Notes: generated by a model from the sequence alone, not told the origin. Counted from the first letter of the stretch, positions 37,498 through 47,355 are shown. The stretch: DNA of 64,000 bases from Dehalococcoidia bacterium (GCA_011191985.1 DUEU01000002.1:11574-75573); one strand, 5' to 3'. Translations and numbers: made by a program.

Positions 37498-38400
37498 ATG
37501 AGAAAAATCCCATATCTGAAGCATATAAAGGTGGCCACCATAGGCGTGGCAATAACCTTAGCAGTGTATATTGGTCTATCAATATTTGGCGCCGTCAGGG
37601 TAATGGAAATACCACGCCTTCCTTTAACTGGTTCACCTGCTTCCGTCGGCCTTGACTACGAGGATATCACTTTTATAAGCCGTGACGATGAAGTCAGATT
37701 AGGTGGCTGGTATATACCTGGTGAGGGGAAAGCCATTATCGTCATTGTCCATGGCGGTTTTCAGAATCGTATTGACCAAAACGTTGATACACTGGGATTA
37801 GCCCGTGACCTGGTAGCAAAGGGGTATGATATATTGTTGTTTGACCTGCGGGGTCGAGGTGAGTCAGCAGGAAAGGGGCTTTCCCTATCGAATATAGAGC
37901 GTGATATTGGCGGTGCTGTTGATTACCTGATAAATAAGGGATATGAGGCAAAAAATATTGTCCTGTTAGGATTCTGTTCTGGGGCTGCTTCGTCATGCAT
38001 TTTCACCAGCCAGGAAAGCATCGGTGCCTTAATACTGGACGGGTGTTTCCCCACGGTACGTAATATAGTTACCAGGGAGGTAGCTAAAAGAGGTATTCCT
38101 GAACTCCTTTTGGATTTATTTTCACCCGGAATACTCTTTATGGCCAGAGTCATCTATGGCTACGAAGTTGTAGACCCATTAAACGTTATATCTCGTATTT
38201 CGTGTCCTATATTTTTCATACACGAAGATAATGATTACTTTATTACGTCAGAGGAGATATACGGTCTTTATCAGGCCTCAAACAATCCAGCTAATGAGAT
38301 ATGGGAGGTCAGTACTACCGAGCATAGCCAAGCTTACAAAACGCACCCTTATGAGTATGTAGAAAAAATAGACAACTTCTTATCTGTTAAATTAAAGTAA
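37498..38400 (+). CDS. Membrane-anchored alpha/beta hydrolase with a possible Cys nucleophile (dienelactone-hydrolase-like)
   Basis: N-terminal TM helix, then VHGG. The nucleophile elbow reads GFCSG, so Cys occupies the Ser position. Confidence 0.75.
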   Translation: MRKIPYLKHIKVATIGVAITLAVYIGLSIFGAVRVMEIPRLPLTGSPASVGLDYEDITFISRDDEVRLGGWYIPGEGKAIIVIVHGGFQNRIDQNVDTLGLARDLVAKGYDILLFDLRGRGESAGKGLSLSNIERDIGGAVDYLINKGYEAKNIVLLGFCSGAASSCIFTSQESIGALILDGCFPTVRNIVTREVAKRGIPELLLDLFSPGILFMARVIYGYEVVDPLNVISRISCPIFFIHEDNDYFITSEEIYGLYQASNNPANEIWEVSTTEHSQAYKTHPYEYVEKIDNFLSVKLK

Positions 38401-38514
38401 CAACATCTTGTTAGGATTAAATAACACAAACTGACGAAGAGCCCAATTTATCTGACTCCCGTTCTTGGTTGTCTCCGATTTGAGACTTGTGCTAACTTAC
38501 CTAGAGACGAAGAA

Positions 38515-39321
38515 ATGTTGAAGCGACTTGCCCTCGGAATAGTTGTCTTAATTTTGTTTGTTGGCTTGGTCTTTATCGGTCTTAATATCCTAGATATTAA
38601 TGAGGATTACAGAATATATTTACCAATTGCGGTACTTAACACCGTATTCATATCGGCCATAGCTATACTCGTCGCATCCATCGCGGCAGCTAATTATATC
38701 GCTAACGGCAAATTTGAGTTATTGGGCCTGGGCTGTGGTGTATTAGCCTTCGGAGTCAGCAGCTTGCTAAAAGGATGGCTGATAGATAGAGATATGTACT
38801 TGCTTATCACGGTACATGACTATTCAGCTTTAATTGCTGCCGCTATGCATTTAGTTGGTGCCGCTTTGTGTATGGTAAGTACACGTCTAGTTGCCTTCAG
38901 GCTTGGACAGAAACAAAGGACTCTTCTTTTATTCTTATGTTATCTCGGAGCACTGGCCAGTATAGCTTTGATTATCCTGCTGGCAGTTCAAGATGTCATT
39001 CCATTACTGGGTGTCTCTCCTGGAATGGCTATACTCAGAGACGTTATTCGGGGAATTACCACAGTACTTTTTATTGCATGCTCCCTTATCTATATTAGGA
39101 TTAATTCCCAGTCACACGTGGATTTCTATTACTGGTACTCATTAGGTCTGATGCTTTTCGCCTTTGGCGTAATCTTTATATCACAGGGTGCCGTCGAAAG
39201 TCTGATTGCGTGGTGGGGGAGAGCAGCTCAATATATTGGTGGCCTCTTTTTCGTTTATGCCACTGTTGGTGCTGGCAGGCTGGTTCACGCTAATAGGAAA
39301 GAATTGCCACTAAAACCATAG
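38515..39321 (+). CDS. Polytopic membrane protein, function unknown
   Basis: 268 aa with about 7-8 hydrophobic helices. Confidence 0.5.
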   Translation: MLKRLALGIVVLILFVGLVFIGLNILDINEDYRIYLPIAVLNTVFISAIAILVASIAAANYIANGKFELLGLGCGVLAFGVSSLLKGWLIDRDMYLLITVHDYSALIAAAMHLVGAALCMVSTRLVAFRLGQKQRTLLLFLCYLGALASIALIILLAVQDVIPLLGVSPGMAILRDVIRGITTVLFIACSLIYIRINSQSHVDFYYWYSLGLMLFAFGVIFISQGAVESLIAWWGRAAQYIGGLFFVYATVGAGRLVHANRKELPLKP

Positions 39322-39438
39322 CCGAGGCAAGGCATTGAGAGGGACTGAGGAGGATTGTAACATTCTGGTAACGCCGCTTTGTCCGAAAACGACTGAAACC
39401 AATACGTGTTATGATAAATAGATTTAAAGGAGAGAGAA

Positions 39439-41022
39439 ATGGCAAAAAACGAAAAAAGTGAACATATTACGAAATCCGCAGCTACGATGGCACCGGCAAC
39501 CACCAGACCAACCTTCGTTCCGCCGAAAGCCGCGACAACACCTCCACAGCATGGCGGCGTTTTAAAGTTAAGAATTCCAGACCCGGTAGTAGATGTTCCT
39601 ATTGGGGAGCCATTGAACTCTGGAGGGGCTGATGAAAGATACTGGGTTTGCTTAGAAGGTCTCCTTGGGCCGGGGGACAGGCTCGGCACGTATAAATATG
39701 TCCTGGCCACAGGCTATAAACTGGCACCGGATAAGTCATACTATGATGTTACCCTGAGGCAGGGTGTCCAGTTCCATGACGGCACGCCTTTTAATGCCCA
39801 GGCGGTGAAATGGAACTTGGACCGGGTGCTGGCTGCCCGTGTAGCCCTCCCCGGCGTGGAGTCGGTCGACATCGTCGACGACTACACCGTCCGGCTCAAT
39901 CTTTCCCGATGGACAAACCTGGTACTGGCTGACCTAGCACTGCGCTCTAATACTCTCATGATATCGCCGACCGCCTATAAAAAGAACGGCCAGGACTGGG
40001 TATTGTTTCACCCTATTGGCACTGGCGCTTTTATCTTCAAGGAAATTAAAGACGATAAAATCATCGTAACGAAGAAAAATCCCAATTACTGGGGAAAAGA
40101 TACCCGGGGCAATCGGCTGCCTTATCTCGATGGAGTTGAAATGCACTATATACCTGACCTGAAGGTCGCCCAGGCGGCTCTTGAGCAGGGTGAGACTGAT
40201 ATGAGTCATATGGCGGACGGCAAGGTTGCGATTACACTTGAGGGGAGTCCGGATTATTACATAATTCCTACGTGGGGGGGGTCAACCCTGGCGATCTACG
40301 CAAATTCTGAAGACCCCAAATCCATGTGGTATGACTCAAGGATGCGGCAGGCATTAGAGTACACCCTCGACAAGGAAAAAGTAGCCGCAACTGTAAGTAC
40401 CCCTTACCGGCCGGCGTCCTATCATGTTATCGGTGGTCTTGAGTTTACCCCCCAGGATGTAGTCCCCGTGGCGCGCAAATATAACCCGGCTAAGGCGAAG
40501 GAACTGAAGGCAGCCGCCGGCTATCCTGGTGATGTAACGTTCGATTGGTACGTTGGGGCGCTCTTTATGCCTGAGCTCGGGGATGTGATACGAAGCTATC
40601 AGCAGCAAATGGTCGAGGCAGGCTTTAAAGCGAATCTTCAAGTCCTGTCCCTGGCCAAATGGAACGAACTCCAGAGGGACCCCGTGCCGGGCAACGCCAT
40701 CAACCTGGGAGTTGAGCACCAAGACAGAATTCAACCGCTGGTGCCGGTAGCGGTCTGTTTCTCAGAAGCATCCCTTATGTTTAAAGGTGTTCGAAAGCCG
40801 TCGGCGTTCAAAAGGCTTTTTAACCAGCTGCTGCAGACTGAAGACGTAACCGAACAGGTAGCTCTGCTTAAAGAGATGGACAGGATAGCTACTGACGAAG
40901 CCATAATAATACCCATAGACTCAGGCTTCAGCCTCAGCATCGTCAGCCAACGTGTTCACGACGTCAGAGTTGATATGTCAGAGGGATTTTGGCAGGTGAG
41001 AAGCACCTGGTTGAGCAAGTAA
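39439..41022 (+). CDS. Family-5 (DppA/OppA/NikA-like) solute-binding-protein homolog lacking a signal peptide
   Basis: Good RBS (AAAGGAGAG). SBP_bac_5-like body. The N-terminus, MAKNEKSEHITKSAATMAPATTRPTF, has no hydrophobic segment or lipobox. Confidence 0.75.
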   Translation: MAKNEKSEHITKSAATMAPATTRPTFVPPKAATTPPQHGGVLKLRIPDPVVDVPIGEPLNSGGADERYWVCLEGLLGPGDRLGTYKYVLATGYKLAPDKSYYDVTLRQGVQFHDGTPFNAQAVKWNLDRVLAARVALPGVESVDIVDDYTVRLNLSRWTNLVLADLALRSNTLMISPTAYKKNGQDWVLFHPIGTGAFIFKEIKDDKIIVTKKNPNYWGKDTRGNRLPYLDGVEMHYIPDLKVAQAALEQGETDMSHMADGKVAITLEGSPDYYIIPTWGGSTLAIYANSEDPKSMWYDSRMRQALEYTLDKEKVAATVSTPYRPASYHVIGGLEFTPQDVVPVARKYNPAKAKELKAAAGYPGDVTFDWYVGALFMPELGDVIRSYQQQMVEAGFKANLQVLSLAKWNELQRDPVPGNAINLGVEHQDRIQPLVPVAVCFSEASLMFKGVRKPSAFKRLFNQLLQTEDVTEQVALLKEMDRIATDEAIIIPIDSGFSLSIVSQRVHDVRVDMSEGFWQVRSTWLSK

Positions 41023-41063
41023 TAACTGGCTCACGAGTGAATTATAGAATGGGAGGAGCTTAA

Positions 41064-42830
41064 GTGTCTGGAGTTGATCCAATTACCTTTGCTGTCGTTC
41101 GAAATAAGTTAATCTCAATTGCTAATGGTATGCTAGAGACCGCGTTCGGCTGTGGAGTGACTACTTTTATGTATGAAATCAGGGACTGTTCCTTTGGGAT
41201 TCTTGATGCCGAATGTGGTATTGTCGCGCAATCTGATGGAATTCCTCTTTTTGCCGGTAGCCTAGGTCCGGCTACCAAGAATTGTGTTGACGTTATTGGC
41301 AAGGAAAACCTGGAACCCGGCGACATAGTAATATCGACGGCGCCCGATGTTACCGGCAACCACACTTCTGATGCCATACTGTTTGCCCCTATTTTCTATC
41401 AAGGCCGGCTGTTTGGCTACGCCGCCACCAAGGCACACTGGATAGACCTCGGTGCCAAGAGCACCTACCCGGCCGATGCCACCAATATCTATGAAGAGGG
41501 CCTGCGCATCCCCCCGGTCAAGTACTACCGGAAAGGTAAGCTGCAATCAGCCATCTGGGAGATTATTAAGTGGAATTCAAGGGCCCCTGACCAGGTATGG
41601 GGAGACCAGCAGGCCCAGATTGCCGGCTGTCATTTTGCCGAAAGGCAGGTAACAGAGCTGCTGGACAAATACGGGGTCGAAACCATAGAGGCCTGTATCG
41701 GGGAGATATACGACCACAGTGAGCGCATCACCCGGCTGGCCATTGAAGCCATGCCTGATGGCACGTGGTCGGCCGAAGACTATATAGATGACAACGGCAT
41801 TGATCTAGATAAACTGGTGCCAATTAAAGTAACAGTAACGATTGAAGGAAGCGATATCACCATAGACCTCTCCGGCTCAGCCCCGGAGCAACGGGGGCCA
41901 ATGAACGGTTTATGGGTCACCACCCTATCCGCCGCCAGAATGGCGGTTAAGGCATTGACCACTCCGGAGCTACCGGCAAACGAAGGCTCCAATAGACCGG
42001 TTAAAGTAATAGCGCCCAAAGGCAGTGTGTATAATGCTGGCCCCACAGTACCATCTTTCCTGTGTGCTGACGTAGCCTCGGCGATGCTGGAACTGATCAA
42101 CAAAGCATTAAGTCGCGTGCTGCCAGAAAAAGTTCCCGCGTGTTCCGGAGGTCATCCAGGGGGGAGTGGCTGTTTCGGGGTAGATCCCAAAACAGGGAGG
42201 TACTGGGGAACTATCATACCGGCTATAATTGGACAGGGAGCTGACTTTTTTGCCGACGGTGAAAATTACCTCATGTATCATGCTTGTGGCGGCGGCCAGA
42301 ATATCCCTACCGAGATATTAGAATCAACATTTCCTCTATTTGTCGAAAAGAACGAACTGGTTCAGGATAGCGGCGGGGCTGGAAAGCATAGAGGAGGTCT
42401 GGCTTCCAGGATTCAAATTAGGCTTCTCGCCCCCGCCACCTATTATGGCTATATAGAAAAGGCGAAAACTCCGCATTGGGGTATTGATGGTGGCAAAGAA
42501 GGCCTTAGAAATTACGCATTAATTAAGTCAAAAGACAGAGGAGAATTCAAGGTGCTGAAGACTTCGGGCGTGCCACTGGCCGAAGGTGATAGAGTGATTA
42601 TCACGGCTGGTTGTGGAGGAGGATACGGGGACCCGTTGGAAAGAGACCCTGAAGCGGTGCACTGGGATGTTATCAACGGCTATGTATCGGTTGAGCATGC
42701 CAGGCAGGATTACGGGGTGGTCATTGACCCACAGACACTTGAGGTTGATTTGAAAGCTACGAAAAGATTAAGGGGCGTTTACAATGGTACCTCAGTAATT
42801 ACGCGTGTACCCCTGCCCGGTTCTGATTGA
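41064..42830 (+). CDS. Hydantoinase B / oxoprolinase / acetone-carboxylase-alpha family protein
   Basis: GTG start. DPITFAVVRNKLISIANGM is typical of the Hydantoinase_B N-terminus. 588 aa. No HyuA-type partner in the window. Confidence 0.85.
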   Translation: MSGVDPITFAVVRNKLISIANGMLETAFGCGVTTFMYEIRDCSFGILDAECGIVAQSDGIPLFAGSLGPATKNCVDVIGKENLEPGDIVISTAPDVTGNHTSDAILFAPIFYQGRLFGYAATKAHWIDLGAKSTYPADATNIYEEGLRIPPVKYYRKGKLQSAIWEIIKWNSRAPDQVWGDQQAQIAGCHFAERQVTELLDKYGVETIEACIGEIYDHSERITRLAIEAMPDGTWSAEDYIDDNGIDLDKLVPIKVTVTIEGSDITIDLSGSAPEQRGPMNGLWVTTLSAARMAVKALTTPELPANEGSNRPVKVIAPKGSVYNAGPTVPSFLCADVASAMLELINKALSRVLPEKVPACSGGHPGGSGCFGVDPKTGRYWGTIIPAIIGQGADFFADGENYLMYHACGGGQNIPTEILESTFPLFVEKNELVQDSGGAGKHRGGLASRIQIRLLAPATYYGYIEKAKTPHWGIDGGKEGLRNYALIKSKDRGEFKVLKTSGVPLAEGDRVIITAGCGGGYGDPLERDPEAVHWDVINGYVSVEHARQDYGVVIDPQTLEVDLKATKRLRGVYNGTSVITRVPLPGSD

Positions 42831-44236
42831 ATGTCTATATAACCATTAACTAAGTGAGCTCGCTCATACATCCCGATAATACCCAGCTTACCAGTGCCAG
42901 CCAGGTCTCCTGTCCGATTTGGTAACTCAAAGCCTTTGCCGTTATCGCTTATAGTCATTCTGACCTTGCCGCTCTCGAATTCGAGTTTGACGGTAGCTAT
43001 AGACGCCCCGGAATGTCTTCTAATATTACTCAATGCCTCCTGCCCGATTCGGAAGAGTAGCAGTTGCGTCTCCATGGGCAAGGTGTGCTTGGTACCCGTG
43101 ACATCAACATGGGTAGCAATGCCCTGATTTTTTACCATGTCCTCTGCCATCCACTCAAGGGCAGCTTCCAGGCCAAGGTCATCCAAGATACGGGGGCTTA
43201 GGTCTTGAGCACAGCGTCTCAGGCCTTCTAATGCTACCACGGCCTGGCTACGCAGGTCCTCGAGGCCCTCCTTGAGGGCACGGCTTAATTTTGGCCTGGT
43301 GATTAGTGCCAGCGCGTCCAGGCGTTGGATGAGCAGGAGCAGAGATGGAGATACATCGTCGTGCAACTCGCGAGCAATGCGCTTTCTTTCCTCCTCTTGT
43401 GCCCTGGTGATAAGTTGGACGTAAAAGTGCATATTATCCTGCAGTTGTTTCTCTTCGGTTATGTCCTGTAAGGTTTCTATGGCCGCTATTAGCTCGCCTC
43501 GTTCGCTCTCGATAGGACTTGCCGTAAAACGAAGCCATTTCCCATCCTTACCGAGAGATGCGAAGAAATCTTTGGCTTCATAGGCGCCATCTATCAGGCG
43601 GGATTTCTGGTATTTACCCTGGTAATGCTCCTCAATCTTGTCTGCGGATGCCCCTTCCACAATTAAATCGGCCATGGTTGGTCTTTTCTCTTTATAAAAT
43701 GCCTGCCAATGCCTATCTGTACCGAGTACTTCCTGACTACCTACGCCAGAAAGGGATTCGATGGCGGTATTCCAGTGGGTGACCCTGTGTTGTCTGTCGA
43801 TTACAAATGTGGCAATAGGTGAACCATCGATAATATTTGAGAGCATCTCCTCCGCACGCTTTTCTTCAGTTACATCTCTAGCGACATGTTGAAATCCCGT
43901 TAGCTCTCCATTGATGATGACGGGGCTGGTGGCCATCTTCACAATCCGAGCCGTTCCATCCTTTAGAATGAATTGCTGCTCGTAGGGCTGCTCGACCTCT
44001 TCTCCGTTTAGCAATTTTTGGCGAACTTCCCTAGCCTGGGCCAGAGATTCATCACTAAGGAACTCGGTAATACTCTTGCCGATCCATTCCTCCAGCGTAT
44101 ATCCGCTGAGCTTTTCAAATGCCTTGTTTCCGTCGAGGAAAGTACCCCTTCTGTCGTGAACCCACATGGCGTCACTGGCATTCTCAAAAAGGTATCGATA
44201 GTCTTGCTCAGTCAGCTCAATCCCTTTTTCCATCAA
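42779..44236 (-). CDS. Cytoplasmic PAS-domain sensor histidine kinase (HisKA_3/NarX-type)
   Basis: No TM segment. Multiple PAS-like repeats. H-box RIARELHDDVSPSL and HATPase C-terminus GTRVITEVPL. The stop overlaps the convergent HyuB-like gene by 52 nt. Confidence 0.9.
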   Translation of the reverse strand: MMEKGIELTEQDYRYLFENASDAMWVHDRRGTFLDGNKAFEKLSGYTLEEWIGKSITEFLSDESLAQAREVRQKLLNGEEVEQPYEQQFILKDGTARIVKMATSPVIINGELTGFQHVARDVTEEKRAEEMLSNIIDGSPIATFVIDRQHRVTHWNTAIESLSGVGSQEVLGTDRHWQAFYKEKRPTMADLIVEGASADKIEEHYQGKYQKSRLIDGAYEAKDFFASLGKDGKWLRFTASPIESERGELIAAIETLQDITEEKQLQDNMHFYVQLITRAQEEERKRIARELHDDVSPSLLLLIQRLDALALITRPKLSRALKEGLEDLRSQAVVALEGLRRCAQDLSPRILDDLGLEAALEWMAEDMVKNQGIATHVDVTGTKHTLPMETQLLLFRIGQEALSNIRRHSGASIATVKLEFESGKVRMTISDNGKGFELPNRTGDLAGTGKLGIIGMYERAHLVNGYIDIQSEPGRGTRVITEVPL

Positions 44237-44916
44237 CGCCCTTCCATCTCGCCGCTAGGTATGTCATCAAGGGCGATGTAGCCTTCCCTCAGCCCTTTGA
44301 CTATCGCATCGGTGCGGCCGCTACAACCCATTTTGTTAAAAATGTTGGTCAGGTGGGCTTTCACTGTGCGCAGACTGAGAAATAGGACATTGGCGATATC
44401 CCTGTTGCTCATTCCGTTGGCGGCTAACCTGAGAATCTCAATTTCCCGGGCGGTTAGTAGGTCACTGGCTTTGCCTTCAGCAGTTACCCCCTCAGCGCTT
44501 ACTACGCGTTCTAAAAGCTTACGGGTTACCGTCGGGTCAAGCACGGACTCGCCGGAACGCGCCGCGCGGATGGCTCCTATAATCTCGCTACCACGGGTGC
44601 TTTTCAGTAAATAGCCGCAGGCTCCAGCCTCCAGAAGTCCAAGAATGTAGCGGATGTCGCTATAGGCAGTCAATACAAATATAGAGGTAGTCGGGCTTGA
44701 TTGCTTGATCAACTTGGCCGCCTCAACCCCGCTAAGTTTGGGCATGACGATGTCCAATATAACTACATCTGGGCTCAGCTCACGCGCCAATCTAACCGCC
44801 TCTTCACCATCACCCGCCTCACCAACCACTTCAAAATCCTTTTCCCCCTCAAGCAGACTGCGCATGCCTTCCCGTAATACCGCATGGTCATCGGCAATTA
44901 GAATCCTTGTTTTCAC
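44233..44916 (-). CDS. NarL/LuxR-family response regulator
   Basis: Receiver motifs ILIADDH and LDIVMPKLSG. LuxR HTH: LTAREIEILRLAANGMSNRDIANVLFLSLRTVKAHLTNIF. Confidence 0.9.
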   Translation of the reverse strand: MKTRILIADDHAVLREGMRSLLEGEKDFEVVGEAGDGEEAVRLARELSPDVVILDIVMPKLSGVEAAKLIKQSSPTTSIFVLTAYSDIRYILGLLEAGACGYLLKSTRGSEIIGAIRAARSGESVLDPTVTRKLLERVVSAEGVTAEGKASDLLTAREIEILRLAANGMSNRDIANVLFLSLRTVKAHLTNIFNKMGCSGRTDAIVKGLREGYIALDDIPSGEMEGR

Positions 44917-45140
44917 TGTTGAGTCTTACTTCCTTATTATCGGACGTAGCGCTACTTACTTAATTCTAGACTATTGAGAGAATAAACTCAATGGCTCCTT
45001 GGGACGGACCTAAAGATATAGGACTTTAGGGCATATCAAGGTTTGCCCTTTAGGCACCTGAAAACGAGAAATCAGGTCGATGTGTAATCTCCTCATAAGG
45101 AGTATTCTATAAATGGAATGATGAACAGGAGGTGGTAACG

Positions 45141-45428
45141 ATGTTGAAAGTAGCCGTCGTGGAGAGAGAGCCCATCACTTATGGGGAAAGACTGAAAGGG
45201 AAAGAGGCCATCTTGGCAGTACTGGCCAGGGCCGCTGACGACAGCCAGTTCTTAGCTCAACTAGCTGATAACCCCACTGAGGCACTCAGCGGATATTATA
45301 CGTTGAGTCAGGAGGAGTTGGCGGCGCTGGTAAGTGGCGATATAAAGAAAATAGAAGAGTGGGTTGGTAAGCTAGATAAGCGGCATGCAACCTGGCTGTG
45401 GTGCCGGTTGAGCCAGGAGAAGTGGTGA
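45141..45428 (+). CDS. Small helical protein, paralogous to the C-terminal module of the downstream channel (LigA-subunit/NHLP-like motif)
   Basis: ATG at 45141, 8 nt after AGGAGG. 95 aa ending RLSQEKW. Aligns with residues ~375-461 of the next CDS. Confidence 0.6.
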   Translation: MLKVAVVEREPITYGERLKGKEAILAVLARAADDSQFLAQLADNPTEALSGYYTLSQEELAALVSGDIKKIEEWVGKLDKRHATWLWCRLSQEKW

Positions 45429-45464
45429 ACATAACCCCCAAATCAATATAAGTGGAGATGGATT

Positions 45465-46850
45465 ATGGAAACCAGGTCTGAGACGACAGGGAAGGATCCG
45501 GAAACTCCTATTGTCAATGACGAGCATCGCGGCCGGGGGCTTGATTTTTTAGCCCAGGTGTTGAGAGTTCGCGAGGAGGCAATCGAGACTACCGCTCGGC
45601 TTGAGACTGCCATTGACAGAATAGGGAAGCTGGCCATCGCTGATGCCCATCCTCCGGCTGCCGTGGCGGAGAGGACCGAAGCGGTAGGGGTAACCAAGGG
45701 CAAACTTAATATCCTGAACACAATACTCCTGGGGATTTTAGCTGGTGTTTTCATTGGGCTGGGGGCAATGTTTTGCACTGTGGTTACTACCGATGCTGGG
45801 CTTGGCTTCGGCCTCACTAAGCTGTTGGGTGGTCTGGTGTTCTGTCTCGGCCTTATTCTTGTGGTTCTGGCTGGGGCTGAGCTTTTTACCGGTAATTGCC
45901 TGATAGTTATGAGCTGGCTGAGTGGTCGGACTCCCTTCACTCATTTGCTCCGCAACTGGGGTTTAGTCTATGTCGCTAACCTCGCCGGGGCTTTGAGTTT
46001 GGTGGGGTTGATGTTCTACGCTAACCAGTGGGCATTTAATGGCTACGGAGTAGGTGCCAATGCTCTGCTCATCGCCAATGCCAAGGTGAACCTCTCCTTC
46101 GGGGCAGCCCTGGCTCGAGGCATCCTGTGTAACGCCCTGGTATGTTTGGCTATCTGGTTATGTTTCAGCGCGCGTACTGTTACGGATAAGATACTCGCTA
46201 TCCTGTTCCCCATTACCGCCTTTGTTGCTGCTGGGTTTGAGCACAGCATCGCCAATATGTACTTCATTCCTATGGGAATGCTGCTGGCAGACCAGCCGGC
46301 TGTCCTCAGCGCCGCCGGCATTACGGTTGAAGGTGTGGCAAATCTTTCCTGGTCGGGCTTTGTGGGCAATCTGGTTCCCGTGACGCTGGGCAATATTATT
46401 GGCGGTGGCATCTTGATAGGTGCTGTCTATTGGCTGACTTACCTGCGCAAGGAACGAGCCACAGAACTGGTTGCCGCTAGACCCTGGGTGAAAACAGTTA
46501 TCCCACCTTTACGTCGTATCAAGCTTGAGGAGCCAGCTCCAGTTCCGCTAACGGAACCTATTCGCCTCCAGATAGAGGAGCTTATCCGTGCCAAGGTAGA
46601 GGAACCAGCTATGCTTGACAGGGGTGGTAAGGCACTGTTAGCGGTGCTGGCCAAGGCCAGAGATGATAGCGGTTTCCTGGCAAAACTGGCTGAAAACCCT
46701 GCTGAAGTACTTAAAGACTACGACTTGACCACCGAGGAGAGGGCAGCTCTGTCAAGTGGGGATATTCGGTGGGTGGAGTCCAAGCTCGGGACCGTGGATG
46801 AACCACTCCGAACCTGGCTGACGGCCAGATTATCTCAGGAAAAATGGTAG
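45465..46850 (+). CDS. Formate/nitrite transporter (FNT) family channel with N- and C-terminal cytoplasmic extensions
   Basis: FNT motifs: GAELFTGN, GFEHSIANMYFIP. There is a ~75-aa N-terminal extension and a ~120-aa C-terminal extension ending RLSQEKW. Confidence 0.85.
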   Translation: METRSETTGKDPETPIVNDEHRGRGLDFLAQVLRVREEAIETTARLETAIDRIGKLAIADAHPPAAVAERTEAVGVTKGKLNILNTILLGILAGVFIGLGAMFCTVVTTDAGLGFGLTKLLGGLVFCLGLILVVLAGAELFTGNCLIVMSWLSGRTPFTHLLRNWGLVYVANLAGALSLVGLMFYANQWAFNGYGVGANALLIANAKVNLSFGAALARGILCNALVCLAIWLCFSARTVTDKILAILFPITAFVAAGFEHSIANMYFIPMGMLLADQPAVLSAAGITVEGVANLSWSGFVGNLVPVTLGNIIGGGILIGAVYWLTYLRKERATELVAARPWVKTVIPPLRRIKLEEPAPVPLTEPIRLQIEELIRAKVEEPAMLDRGGKALLAVLAKARDDSGFLAKLAENPAEVLKDYDLTTEERAALSSGDIRWVESKLGTVDEPLRTWLTARLSQEKW

Positions 46851-47355
46851 GTATGCAGAGTTAAGGAGCAAGAAGTATTTAGCAATATGTATCTCTGTAA
46901 AAGATGTTGCCTTTGCCGGGATTCTTGAAAGGCGCGGCATAATAGACAAGGTCTACAACAGTGTTGAAGAGGTCTTGGCCGACATTGGTGTAGCGGAGGC
47001 GATATATGTGACCGGGGCTGTGTTTATGCCGGAACGCTGCTTTAGGCGGGTAAACTACGAGCCAAGTCCCTTTATAGTAAAATGCCTTCCTTCCTCAGTT
47101 ATCCAGAGAACATCACAACTTGCTCGTTTCTTCCTTATTTAATTGCCTCAGATATACTGGAATCCACCTGTCTCGGATGACACTCGGCAGTAACACGCAC
47201 TCTGTTATCGCCATTACCTTGATCTGGGATTGCTGAGCAAGGCTGATAAAATCCGCAGGTGTATCTGCGAAAAAGACTATTTAGCCGATAATCAAGCTTG
47301 GGATTGCTGCCCTTTTCGATAACTTCTGGTTGCGGAAGGTCTAGGGATAAATCAT

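Noticed and set aside
39285-39710. 141-aa minus-strand ORF spanning the start of the family-5 SBP homolog
   Set aside because: It is antisense to the SBP gene start and RBS, and its Pro/Gly/Ser-rich translation has no motifs.
42779-42830. 52-nt overlap of the convergent HyuB-like and histidine-kinase gene ends
   Set aside because: It could hint at a mis-called stop or a sequencing frameshift. Both frames are intact to their stops and both C-termini look plausible, so I treat it as a natural convergent overlap rather than an anomaly.
45443-45940. 165-aa minus-strand ORF opposite the FNT channel N-terminus
   Set aside because: It is antisense to a gene with clear FNT motifs, and its Ser/Pro/Arg/Thr-rich low-complexity translation is uninformative.
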